From positions 930,001-962,000 of the forward strand of contig CP126532.1 of NCBI GenBank assembly GCA_030167145.1: a DNA stretch of 32,000 bases, read 5' to 3'. The notes beneath the pieces were generated by a model that had not been told where the DNA came from, made no database searches, and was given only the letters and a program-made list of their open reading frames with translations. The DNA is from Ktedonobacterales bacterium. GTDB lineage: Bacteria > Chloroflexota > Ktedonobacteria > Ktedonobacterales > JADMIN01. Both the position numbers and the translations under genes were made by a program. Positions 17,080 through 25,644 of the stretch are shown one piece after another (the stretch's first letter is position 1; every line of letters begins with the position of its first letter).

Positions 17080-17469
17080 ATGCCTCTGAAGGTGACCGCG
17101 TTCATGATCGGCGTCGAAGACTTGGCGCGCTCCAAGAAGTTCTACGGGGAAGGCCTGGGCTGCACCATAGACCAGGACTATCCCAATTTCGTCAAGTTCG
17201 ACCTGGGTGACGGATCGTCGTCGCTGGCCCTCTACCAGCGCGAGGCAGCGGCCCAGGATGCCGGTGTCTCCTCAGAGGGATCCGGCTTCCGTGGCGTCTC
17301 GTTCCACTACATCGTCCCGTCGAGCGAAGCTGTAGACGAGGTCATCAGCGCCGCCGTGGCCGCTGGTGGTAGTGTCGTCAAGGCAGCGGCGGCCTCGCAG
17401 TGGGGTGGATACTTCGGCTACTTTGCTGACCCCGATGGTTACCTCTGGAAGGTCGCGTCCGCCGACTAA
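17080..17469 (+). CDS. VOC / glyoxalase-bleomycin resistance family protein
   Basis: 129 aa from ATG 17080 (GAGAAGGGA upstream). FMIGVEDLARSKKFYGEGLG...GYFADPDGYLWKV is the typical VOC-fold signature. Confidence 0.8.
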   Translation: MPLKVTAFMIGVEDLARSKKFYGEGLGCTIDQDYPNFVKFDLGDGSSSLALYQREAAAQDAGVSSEGSGFRGVSFHYIVPSSEAVDEVISAAVAAGGSVVKAAAASQWGGYFGYFADPDGYLWKVASAD

Positions 17470-17836
17470 CTCACACCACTCCCGCATCAGCCACGCCTCT
17501 TGGTACGTACAGCACGCCATCAATCGTGCCTCGCGCCAGGAGGCTTCGGCACCTGATGCGCCGCTCGTCCATCCCGCCGACCACTGCTCCTTGCATTGTC
17601 ACGTCCCCATCTGAACACAATTGACCGCCCCCGCCTCAGCCGCACATCCCCCTTGCATGCTACACTACTCCAAGCGATCCCGATTCCACCGCAAGGAGTA
17701 ACCCGCATGCGGCAAAGAATCGGCTGGCTCTCGCGCAATCGGAGAATATGGAAGAAATCTGTAGACACCGCCGCATGGCTTTGGGATATGCTTGAACGCA
17801 TCACGAGACGACGATGAGAAGGGGTACCATCGAGCC

Positions 17837-18373
17837 ATGGGCAGGAGAAATTATCTGATCGAAGGCGTTTCCGGCGCTGGCAAAACGGCGGTCTGCACTG
17901 AATTGCAGCGGCGCGGCTACCAGGCCATTCATGGGGATCGGGAATTGGCGTATCAAGGCGATCCGGAAACTGGTAACCCAACTGATGGTCTCACGCGCGA
18001 ACACCCGGAAGTCTTCAGGTCCGAGCACCACATTTGGGATGTAGAGAAAGTACAAGCCTTCGTCGCCAACCAGGATGAGGCGGTCACCTTTTTCTGCGGT
18101 GGCTCGAGGAACTTCGCGAAATTTCTCGCGTTATTTGACGGCGTGTTTGTCCTTGAGGTTGACCTGGACACCTGTCTGCGGCGAATTGATGAGCGAGTGG
18201 CACTGGACCCAACGGACTGGGGCGCAACACCAGCGGAACGGGAACTCACTGTGCGCTTGCATCACACGAAAGAAAACATTCCGAAAAACGGTATCATCAT
18301 CGTCGCCACCGCACCGCTCGCGCGCGTCGTTGACGAGATTGTCCGACTAAGCGACGCACATACCACCCTGTAG
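17837..18373 (+). CDS. P-loop NTPase, small kinase-like (AAA_33 / nucleotide kinase-like)
   Basis: 178 aa from ATG 17837. Walker A is GVSGAGKT(A). Size and layout resemble small nucleoside/nucleotide kinases. GC looks lower than neighbours by eye. Confidence 0.55.
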   Translation: MGRRNYLIEGVSGAGKTAVCTELQRRGYQAIHGDRELAYQGDPETGNPTDGLTREHPEVFRSEHHIWDVEKVQAFVANQDEAVTFFCGGSRNFAKFLALFDGVFVLEVDLDTCLRRIDERVALDPTDWGATPAERELTVRLHHTKENIPKNGIIIVATAPLARVVDEIVRLSDAHTTL

Positions 18374-18467
18374 AGTGTGATGCACGAGGCAAGTGGCAGG
18401 TAGCGCCCAGCGTGCCCGCGTCGTATCGCGTTCGTGAGGCGTCGCCTGTGGACACGACGACCGGCTC

Positions 18468-18492
18468 GTGCTCCGGCCGTTGATGGCCGAGA
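18468..18492. repeat. 25-bp dispersed hairpin repeat GTGCTCCGGCCGTTGATGGCCGAGA (second copy 25698-25722, 1 mismatch)
   Basis: Direct comparison. It contains the CGGCC-N6-GGCCG palindrome, and both copies are intergenic. Confidence 0.8.
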
Positions 18493-18770
18493 GTTAGTCA
18501 CATCTACTGAGAGCGGTCCTACCCCCAGAAGCAGGATAGCGCCCGCACCGCCCCCGTGTTATAATCGAAGATGGAGTGCCTGAAACCAGCATAGACAATA
18601 CCCACGAGCTTGGCATACACCGTGCGACGCCCTCCACCGCCCACAGCACGGGCGGCATATCTCCGGTAGGCGCTATAGCATCAGGTCGGGCGGCACGCGG
18701 TGGACGAGGCGGTGGAATCAGTGAACGATTCAGGCCTGACCAGGCTTGCGAGAAGGGACATATCGCCATC

Positions 18771-19334
18771 ATGAGCACGACTCCTCCCCGGCGCGGCAAA
18801 GACATCCCCATGCTGCCGCCGCGCACACCCGCCGAATATATCGCCGGCCAGCAAGAGGCGAACGTCGTCATGACCAGCTTCGCCGACATGCTCAAATGGG
18901 CGCAGAACTACGCGCGCAGCCGCTCCATCTGGCCCCTGGGCTATGGCCTCGCCTGCTGCGCCATCGAGATGATGGCCACCGCCCAATCGCACTACGACCT
19001 CGCCCGCTTCGGCTCCGAAGTCTTCCGCTCCAGCCCGCGTCAGGCCGATCTGATGATCGTCGCGGGCACGGTCTGCACCAAGATGGGGCCGCGCCTGGTG
19101 CGCTTGTGGGAGCAGATGCCCGAACCCAAGTGGGTGCTCTCGCTCGGCCAGTGCGCCACCTCCGGCGGCGAGTTCTACGACTCCTATTACACCGTCCAGG
19201 GCGTAGACACCCTCGTCCCCGTAGACATCTACGTGCCCGGCTGTCCACCCCGCCCCGAAGCGCTGATCGAGGGCATCCTCAAGCTGCGCGAAAAGATCGA
19301 AAAACAGGGCCTCAAAATCAAGGGCGAGGAGTAG
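18771..19334 (+). CDS. nuoB: NuoB-like [4Fe-4S] subunit (complex I subunit B / hydrogenase small-subunit family)
   Basis: [37 protein letters not shown] and [10 protein letters not shown] are present, so all four N2-type cluster cysteines are retained. Start taken at ATG 18771; the ORF-track start 18576 lies in a repeat-containing spacer. Confidence 0.85.
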   Translation: MSTTPPRRGKDIPMLPPRTPAEYIAGQQEANVVMTSFADMLKWAQNYARSRSIWPLGYGLACCAIEMMATAQSHYDLARFGSEVFRSSPRQADLMIVAGTVCTKMGPRLVRLWEQMPEPKWVLSLGQCATSGGEFYDSYYTVQGVDTLVPVDIYVPGCPPRPEALIEGILKLREKIEKQGLKIKGEE

Positions 19335-19337
19335 CTC

Positions 19338-20024
19338 ATGCGCGGGATTTTTCAGGGACTTGGCCTGACCCTCAGCCACCTGACGCACCCCAAAGTCACA
19401 CGGCTCTACCCGTATGAGAAGCGTGTTTTGCCGGAGCGCAGCCGTGGCCTGATCCAGCTTATCCAGGAAGACGGCCAGGATACCCCCTTCAACCTCAAGT
19501 GCGAGGCATGCCTGCTCTGCGAGAAAATCTGCCCGCCGCGCGCCATCACCATCGAGGCGCGGCCCACGCTGCGCTTCCGCCAGCGTCCGTGGTTCTCCGA
19601 GAAGGCTGTCGCGGGCTTCTACACCCCACGCCTCTCGCCCTACGCCGTCAAATATCCCGACAAGAAAGAATCGCCGCCCACCGAGACGCCGGTCGCCATT
19701 GACCTGGAAGCGCCGGTAGACCTCGCCACCGTCGAGCAGATTCTGGATCACGCCTCGCTGGAAGGCTGGGATCTCACCGCGATGGTCAACGAGATCATGC
19801 AGGCGTATCACGGCTTGCCGCTGCAAGTCGCGTGGCGCGTCGTCGAGCGGCGCGGAGTGGACCTCAGCGACCTCTTCGGCATCGCCACCGCCAGCCCGTA
19901 TTTTGCCCCCGCCAAACCCAAGGTCGCGGGCGTGCTACGCGACGATCAGGTGGAACGCGGCCCGTCACCGGCCAATCGCGGCAAGTATGGCAGCATCAAT
20001 CACAGGAGGGGCCAGAGTGCCTGA
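19338..20024 (+). CDS. chimeric protein: NuoI-like N-terminal half (single CxxCxxCxxxCP motif) fused to a NuoE-like N-terminal helical domain lacking the [2Fe-2S] cysteines
   Basis: N-terminus: GLGLTLSHL..VTRLYPYEK..LPERSRG...KCEACLLCEKICPPRAITI, as in NuoI but without the second ferredoxin motif. C-terminus: VEQILDHA...EIMQAYHGLPLQVAWRVVERRGVDLSDLFGIATASPYF, resembling the start of NuoE/HoxE with no downstream Cys ligands. GAGGAG SD; starts 3 nt after the nuoB stop. Confidence 0.6.
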   Translation: MRGIFQGLGLTLSHLTHPKVTRLYPYEKRVLPERSRGLIQLIQEDGQDTPFNLKCEACLLCEKICPPRAITIEARPTLRFRQRPWFSEKAVAGFYTPRLSPYAVKYPDKKESPPTETPVAIDLEAPVDLATVEQILDHASLEGWDLTAMVNEIMQAYHGLPLQVAWRVVERRGVDLSDLFGIATASPYFAPAKPKVAGVLRDDQVERGPSPANRGKYGSINHRRGQSA

Positions 20025-21327
20025 TACAGCAGCATACCGTCTCCTCAGCAAACCCGGCGAACCCGCCCCCGTCTCGGTCGACGCCTACCAGCGCCAGGGC
20101 GGCTACGTGGCGCTGCGCCAGGCCGTCACGCTGACGCCCGGCAAGGTGCTCGACGAGATTCGCACCGCCAATCTGCGTGGTCGCGGTGGCGCGGGCGTGC
20201 TCACCGCCGAGAAGATGGACCTCGTCGCTCGCTCTGCCGAGGCCGAAAAATACCTGATCTGCAACGCCTACGACGCCGACGCGCGCTCGCTCATCAGCCG
20301 CACCATCCTGGCCCAGCGGCCCCACGCCGTCATCGAGGGCATGGCGCTCGCCGCCTACGCCATCGGCGCGTCCGAGGCGTTCCTCTATCTGCGCGGCGAC
20401 AAGGCGCTGGCCGAGATCGTCACCACCGCGCTGCAAGAGGCGCGCGACGCGGGCATCCTGGGACGCGGCATCTTCGGCTCCAGCTTCGTCTTTTCGATTA
20501 CGCTGGCTGGCGCGGAGATGGGCTTCATGGGCGGCGAAGAATCCACGCTGATCCAGATCCTCAAGGGCCGCCCCGCCAAGGCGCAGCAGCGCCCGCCCTA
20601 TCCCACCGAATACGGCTTCGCCGATAAGCCGACCATCGTGCAGAATGTCGAAACGCTGGTCAACCTGCCGCTGATCGTCGCGCGCGGCGGCGACGCCTTC
20701 CGCAAACAGGGCACAGCGCTCACCGCTGGCACGAAGCTCTTCACCGTGCTGGATGGCAATGGCGGCGCGACGCTGGTCGAAGTGCCGTGCGGCGCGACCA
20801 TCGCCGAGGCGCTGCGTGCGGCGGGCCTGCAAGTCAACGAATCCAACGCGCGCGGCGTCGCCGTCGGCGGCATGGAGGGCGGCGTGTTGCCGCTCGCGCA
20901 ACTCAGCACGCCGCTGGACTTCGAGCCAGTCGAAGACGCGGGCGCGATCATCGGCTCCGGCATCCTGGAGGTGCTGCCGCGCAACACTTGCCTGGTCCAC
21001 TGGACGATGGAGCGCATGCGATTCCTTGCCCGCGAATCCTGCGGCAAGTGCGTGCCCTGCCGTGTCGGCGTCAAGCGCATGGCCGGAACACTCGAAGGCA
21101 TCGAAAGCGGCGTCGGGGCGCAGGGCGATCTGGTGCTGCTCGAAGAGTTCTCGCACTATGTGCCCGATGGCTCGCTCTGCGGCTTCGGCGTGAACGCGGT
21201 GCGCCCCGTTGTGACGGCGATGAAGTATTTCGCGGACGATTTCAATGCGCATCTGAATGGCGCTTGCCCCACCGGCACATGCCTTCCCGTGCGCGCCCAT
21301 CGCTACGCGACCAAACATGTGCTGTAG
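20017..21327 (+). CDS. NuoF-like flavoprotein subunit (NADH-binding / FMN / [4Fe-4S] N3-type), divergent
   Basis: GTG 20017 is preceded by AGGAGGG and overlaps the upstream stop by 8 bp. Landmarks: LRGRGGAG, KYLICNAYDAD, GGEESTLIQILKG, ESCGKCVPCRVG, SLCGFG. The FMN/NADH glycine loops deviate from canonical NuoF. Confidence 0.8.
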   Translation: MPDTAAYRLLSKPGEPAPVSVDAYQRQGGYVALRQAVTLTPGKVLDEIRTANLRGRGGAGVLTAEKMDLVARSAEAEKYLICNAYDADARSLISRTILAQRPHAVIEGMALAAYAIGASEAFLYLRGDKALAEIVTTALQEARDAGILGRGIFGSSFVFSITLAGAEMGFMGGEESTLIQILKGRPAKAQQRPPYPTEYGFADKPTIVQNVETLVNLPLIVARGGDAFRKQGTALTAGTKLFTVLDGNGGATLVEVPCGATIAEALRAAGLQVNESNARGVAVGGMEGGVLPLAQLSTPLDFEPVEDAGAIIGSGILEVLPRNTCLVHWTMERMRFLARESCGKCVPCRVGVKRMAGTLEGIESGVGAQGDLVLLEEFSHYVPDGSLCGFGVNAVRPVVTAMKYFADDFNAHLNGACPTGTCLPVRAHRYATKHVL

Positions 21328-21351
21328 CATGTCACTGGAGATGAGGAACCC

Positions 21352-23757
21352 ATGGCGATAACCACACGCAACGACATGGCTACGGCCCCCAATGGCCAGC
21401 CGTATGAGCGCAACGAAGTCGGCCAGCCGTCATTCGAGGTCGAGATAGACGGCCACAAGATGCGGGCCTACGAAGGGCAGACCGTGCTCAGCGTCGCCGT
21501 TGACAACGGCATCCTGGACATTCCCAACCTCTGCAACGACGAGAAACTGGAGCCGACCTCCGCCTGCCGAATGTGTCTGGTGGAGATCGAAGGCGCTGAA
21601 CGCCCGCTGCCCTCGTGCAACACCCCCGCCGTCCCTGGCATGGTGGTGCGCACCAAGTCCGACCGGCTCAAGGGCATCCGCCGCACCAATCTGGAAATGA
21701 TCCTCTCGGACCACAACGCCTACTGTCAGCCGCCGTGTCAGGTTGGCTGCCCGACACATATTGACATCCCCGGCTATCTCGAACTGATCGCCAAAGGCCA
21801 GAACCGCGAGGCGGCGCGTCTCGTCAAAGAGGTGCTGCCCTTCCCCTATATCCTCGGCCTGACCTGCCCAGCCCCCTGCCAGGAGGTCTGCCGCCGTGGC
21901 CTCGTCGAGGAAGAGATCGCCATCTGTCGCATGCACGGCTTCGCCGCCGAGCAGTGCATGGATGATCCGCCGGTCCCCTACGTGCAAGAGGCCCCCACCG
22001 GCAAGCGGGTCGCCATCGTCGGCGCTGGCCCCACCGGCCTCACCTGCGCCTACTATCTGGCGCTGCAAGGCCACTACTGCAAAGTCTTCGAGATGCAACC
22101 CCAGGCGGGCGGCATGCTGCGCTACGGCATCCCCGAATACCGCTTGCAGAAAGACATGATTGATAAGGAGTTCAATGGCGTCTGGAAGCTCGGCGTAGAC
22201 GCGCAGTACAACGTCAAGCTCGGCGAAGACTTCACGATTGACGACCTCTTCAAGGAGGGCTTCGACGCCGTCTTCCTCGCCATCGGCGCGTGGACCTCCA
22301 ACGAGCTTGGCCTCGACGGCCAGGATAACCCTGGTGTCGTCAATGCCATCAGCTTCCTCATCGAAAAGACCGAAGGCCGCGAGCAGCCGGTAGACGACAC
22401 CAAAGAGGTCGTCGTGCTGGGCGGCGGCTTCACCACCTTCGACTGCACCCGCACCTCGCTGCGCCTCGGCGCGAAGGTCCACACCGTCTACCGGCGCGGA
22501 CGCAAAGAGATGTCCGCCACCTTCGAGGAGGTGGAGGACGGCGAGAACGAGGGCACCGACCTGCAACTCTTCGCCTCGGCCTCGCGCATCATCTTCGAAG
22601 GCGACAAGATCACCGGCCTGGAGTTCCAGCGGATGCAGCTTGGCGAGCCGGATTCCTCTGGCCGCCGCCGCCCGGTGCCCGTCCCTGGCAGCGAGTACGT
22701 CGTGCCCTGCGACACGATCATTCCCGCCTACGGCCAGAAGCCCGATAAAGCGGTGCTGCCGCCGGAATCGGGCGTCAATTGGACCAAGCGCCAGACGATT
22801 GAGACCGACCCATTCAACTTCATGACCGCACGCGATGGTGTCTTCGCCGGTGGCGACTGCCAGATCGGCGCGGCCACCATCATCGAAGGGGTCGCCCAGG
22901 GCAAGCTCGCCTCGCGCGCGATTGACGCCTATCTGCGCGGCGACGACATGAAGGCCGTCTCGCGCCGCATCGAATCCCAGGAGCGCAAGCCTGACCTCTT
23001 CGACATCGTGCCTTATAAGCCCGTCGAACCCAAGGTCAAGATGCCGATGCTGCCCTATGAGGATCGCAAGCGCAACTTCCGCCTGATCGAGATGGGCTAC
23101 ACCCAGGAGCAGGCCGAACGCGAAGCGGCCCGCTGCTTGCAGTGCGCCTGCCCCGCCGTCGGCCAGTGCGATCTGCAGAAGTACAGCATCGAGTACAACC
23201 TCGAAGACAACCGCTTCCACGATGGCGAGCCGGAAGATTACCACGACTACGAGTACGACCTCTCGCACAGCTTCATCCTGCGCGACCCCAACAAGTGCAT
23301 CAACTGCACGCAATGCGTCCGAGTCTGCCACGATGTGATCGGCCCCAACTGCTATGGCATGTTCGGCCACGGCTTCGATACCATCGTCTCCACGCCGTTC
23401 AACGCCTCGCTCTTCTCCACTGACTGCGTCTCGTGTGGCGCCTGCGTGCAGGTCTGCCCCACTGGCTCGCTGATGATGGCTGAGCGCGAGTTGGTGCGCT
23501 ACGACTTCGCCCTCGACCGCTGCATCTTCTGCGGCGATTGTGTGGAAGTCTGCCCGCACGGCGCGCTAGGCGAGACGCCGAACTTCGAGCTATCCTTCTA
23601 CAACCGCTTTGGCCGCGACATCAACATCCCGATGGACGACCTGGCCCGCGCGCCGTCGTTCCTCGTGCGCCAGCGCGTGCCCCGCAAGAAGGAAGACGAG
23701 CCGCTCGGCTCCAATCCGCTGGTGCGCCCGCTGCCCGCGCGCCGCATCCGCGAATAA
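21352..23757 (+). CDS. multi-domain Fe-S flavoprotein: NuoG/HydA-type N-terminal [2Fe-2S] + GltD-like NAD(P)H oxidoreductase + C-terminal 4Fe-4S ferredoxin modules
   Basis: N-terminus: FEVEIDGHKMRAYEGQTVL...CRMCLVEIEG...SCNTP. GltD-like: KRVAIVGAGPTGLTCAYYLALQGH...FEMQPQAGGMLRYGIPEYRL...VVVLGGGFTTFDC. C-terminus: ILRDPNKCINCTQCVRVC, CVSCGACVQVCPTG, CIFCGDCVEVCP. Confidence 0.85.
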   Translation: MAITTRNDMATAPNGQPYERNEVGQPSFEVEIDGHKMRAYEGQTVLSVAVDNGILDIPNLCNDEKLEPTSACRMCLVEIEGAERPLPSCNTPAVPGMVVRTKSDRLKGIRRTNLEMILSDHNAYCQPPCQVGCPTHIDIPGYLELIAKGQNREAARLVKEVLPFPYILGLTCPAPCQEVCRRGLVEEEIAICRMHGFAAEQCMDDPPVPYVQEAPTGKRVAIVGAGPTGLTCAYYLALQGHYCKVFEMQPQAGGMLRYGIPEYRLQKDMIDKEFNGVWKLGVDAQYNVKLGEDFTIDDLFKEGFDAVFLAIGAWTSNELGLDGQDNPGVVNAISFLIEKTEGREQPVDDTKEVVVLGGGFTTFDCTRTSLRLGAKVHTVYRRGRKEMSATFEEVEDGENEGTDLQLFASASRIIFEGDKITGLEFQRMQLGEPDSSGRRRPVPVPGSEYVVPCDTIIPAYGQKPDKAVLPPESGVNWTKRQTIETDPFNFMTARDGVFAGGDCQIGAATIIEGVAQGKLASRAIDAYLRGDDMKAVSRRIESQERKPDLFDIVPYKPVEPKVKMPMLPYEDRKRNFRLIEMGYTQEQAEREAARCLQCACPAVGQCDLQKYSIEYNLEDNRFHDGEPEDYHDYEYDLSHSFILRDPNKCINCTQCVRVCHDVIGPNCYGMFGHGFDTIVSTPFNASLFSTDCVSCGACVQVCPTGSLMMAERELVRYDFALDRCIFCGDCVEVCPHGALGETPNFELSFYNRFGRDINIPMDDLARAPSFLVRQRVPRKKEDEPLGSNPLVRPLPARRIRE

Positions 23758-23780
23758 ACTAGCGGCCAACACTAGGAGTA

Positions 23781-23867
23781 GGGCGGACATTCCTGTCTGC
23801 CTACTCACTGACAGACAAGAATGTCTGTCCCACCTCTGCACTGGTGGGGCGGACATTCCTGTCTGCC
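23781..23867. repeat. two exact 21-bp direct repeats GGGCGGACATTCCTGTCTGCC (23781-23801, 23847-23867) with a degenerate inverted copy between them (23810-23831)
   Basis: Read directly. Copy 1 plus the inverted copy can form a ~20-bp imperfect hairpin starting 24 nt after the stop of the 801-aa gene, so it is a possible terminator or REP-like element. Confidence 0.85.
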
Positions 23868-23963
23868 CGCATAAATCCCTGTAAACTCAGCCAGGCCTCG
23901 CGCGTCCTAGTCTGCGGGACTCTGTGGGCAATGCGCTGCCCCTGCAAGTGTGCCGCATACAGG

Positions 23964-23989
23964 CCCGTAGGGGCGTCCGGCGGACGCCC
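23964..23989. repeat. dispersed hairpin repeat, reverse-orientation copy of 9330-9355 (1 mismatch, in the loop)
   Basis: The reverse complement GGGCGTCC-GCC-GGACGCCC-CTACGGG compares with GGGCGTCC-TCC-GGACGCCC-CTACGGG. It is followed by further GGC(G/A)GACGCCCG half-sites at ~23997 and ~24014. Confidence 0.8.
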
Positions 23990-24134
23990 GTGGTGCGGCA
24001 GACGCCCGTTCGATGCACCAGCACGGCGGACGCCCGGCATACCCGTCCGGCCCGTTCGGCGCACAGGTATCCGCCACCCACCGGCATGCGATACAATGGC
24101 AGCAGCATAGTTGAGCGATGGGGGAGAATGAGGA

Positions 24135-24899
24135 ATGCATAGCGTGCCTCTGGTCAATAGCGGCGGTGGACAGCCCGGCCCCGGTAATGCCGGGTGGAAT
24201 GGGGCACGTCCCGCCGCCAATCCGGTGTTGCTGGTGCGGGAACTGGTCAAAGAATACAAGGTTGGCGACGGCACCGTCACCGCGTTGCGCCGTGTCAATC
24301 TGGCCGTCTTTGCGGGACAGGTCATCGCCGTGCGGGGCCGCTCTGGCGCGGGCAAGACGACGCTGCTCAATCTCATCGCCGGACTCGACGACCCCACCCA
24401 TGGGCTGGTTGTCCTCTTCGGGCACGACCTCGCCAAGCTGAGCGAGCGCCAGCGCACCGAGATGCGCCGCACCGAGCTAGGCTTCGTCTTCCAGGCCGCA
24501 CACCTCGTCCCCGCGCTGACCGCCCGCGAGAATGTCGAGGTGCCGATGCGTCTAGCGAAGGTCGCCCGCACCGAACGCGAGCGGCGCTCGCACGAGGCGC
24601 TCTCCCTCGTTGGGCTGGCGGAGCGCGAGCAGCACCGCGCGCCAGAGCTTTCCGGCGGCGAGCAGCAGCGCGTCGCCATCGCCCGCGCCCTCGTCCATGC
24701 GCCGCGCCTGGTTCTCGCCGATGAGCCGACCGGCAACCTCGACTCGCACACCGGCCACGCCATCCTCGATCTGATGCGTAATGTCGCCCATCAGGCGGGC
24801 ATCGCCTTCATCATCACCACGCACGATCCAGCGGCCTCGGCGATGGCCGATGCGGTGTATGATATCAACGACGGCGTGCTGACACCCGGCCAGCGCTAA
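24135..24899 (+). CDS. ABC transporter ATP-binding protein (MacB/LolD/FtsE-like class), no adjacent permease
   Basis: Walker [11 protein letters not shown]-loop FVFQ, signature [15 protein letters not shown], Walker [14 protein letters not shown]-loop TTHD. Confidence 0.88.
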   Translation: MHSVPLVNSGGGQPGPGNAGWNGARPAANPVLLVRELVKEYKVGDGTVTALRRVNLAVFAGQVIAVRGRSGAGKTTLLNLIAGLDDPTHGLVVLFGHDLAKLSERQRTEMRRTELGFVFQAAHLVPALTARENVEVPMRLAKVARTERERRSHEALSLVGLAEREQHRAPELSGGEQQRVAIARALVHAPRLVLADEPTGNLDSHTGHAILDLMRNVAHQAGIAFIITTHDPAASAMADAVYDINDGVLTPGQR

Positions 24900-24936
24900 C
24901 CAGCCGGCCAGCGCGCAGGCGACGCGGAGCGACGAC

Positions 24937-25644
24937 ATGGACACAGCGGGCGTGACCCAGACGGTCGCGGAATACCTCGAAACCATCTACAACATGACGA
25001 TGGAAGGCGATGTCGTCATCGGCGCGCGCCTTGCCGAGAAGTTCCGTGTCGCGCCGCCCACCGTCACCGAAACGCTGAAGCGCATGACCCGCGACGGTCT
25101 GGTCGAGATGGATGCCCGCCGCCAGATCACGCTGACGCCGCACGGCGTGGACCTTGCCGAAGCGGTGCTGCGCCGCCACCGGCTGACCGAACGCTTTCTG
25201 GTGGATATGCTGGGCATGCAGTGGCATCAGGTGCATGAGGAAGCCTGCCGCCTGGAACACCACATCTCTGGCGCGGTCGAAGATCGCGTGGTGAAGGCGC
25301 TGGGCAACCCCACCACCTGCCCCCACGGCAACCCCATCCCCGGCTACGTCCCCGACGCCCGCGACTACCTTGCCGATCATGGCGCGTTCCGGCTGCTCCA
25401 GGCGGAGCCAGGCCGCGAAGTCGAGATTCTCTGCGTCTCCGAAGTCGTCGAAGACGAGGAAGAACTGATCTCCTACCTGCATGACCGCGGCCTCACCCCT
25501 GGCACGCGCGTCTCCGTCATCACGCCGCTCGCCCAGCGCGCCGACGACGTAGAGCTAGCCGCCGCCGACCAGCGCGTTCGCCTCTCGCCCCACGCCGCCC
25601 ACGCTCTCTGGGTCGTCGCCGCTCCTGCTACCGGAGCAGACTGA
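24937..25644 (+). CDS. DtxR/MntR-family metal-dependent transcriptional repressor with C-terminal FeoA/SH3-like domain
   Basis: EYLETIYNM...ARLAEKFRVAPPTVTETLKRMTRDGLV...RRHRLTERFLVDMLG..W..VHEEACRLEHHIS...CPHGNPIP is the typical DtxR family pattern. Confidence 0.88.
   Translation: MDTAGVTQTVAEYLETIYNMTMEGDVVIGARLAEKFRVAPPTVTETLKRMTRDGLVEMDARRQITLTPHGVDLAEAVLRRHRLTERFLVDMLGMQWHQVHEEACRLEHHISGAVEDRVVKALGNPTTCPHGNPIPGYVPDARDYLADHGAFRLLQAEPGREVEILCVSEVVEDEEELISYLHDRGLTPGTRVSVITPLAQRADDVELAAADQRVRLSPHAAHALWVVAAPATGAD

Noticed and set aside
18681-19826. 381-aa minus-strand ORF
   Set aside because: It is antisense to the nuoB-like gene and the chimeric NuoI/E-like gene. Shadow ORF.
19996-21330. 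444-aa minus-strand ORF
   Set aside because: It is antisense to the NuoF-like gene and has no motifs. Shadow ORF.
21430-23559. 709-aa minus-strand ORF
   Set aside because: It is antisense to the 801-aa Fe-S flavoprotein gene, whose domains are clearly recognisable. This is a high-GC shadow ORF.
23801-24763. 320-aa minus-strand ORF
   Set aside because: It is antisense to the ABC ATPase gene (complete Walker A/B and signature motifs on the plus strand), and its 3' end runs into the repeat-rich spacer.
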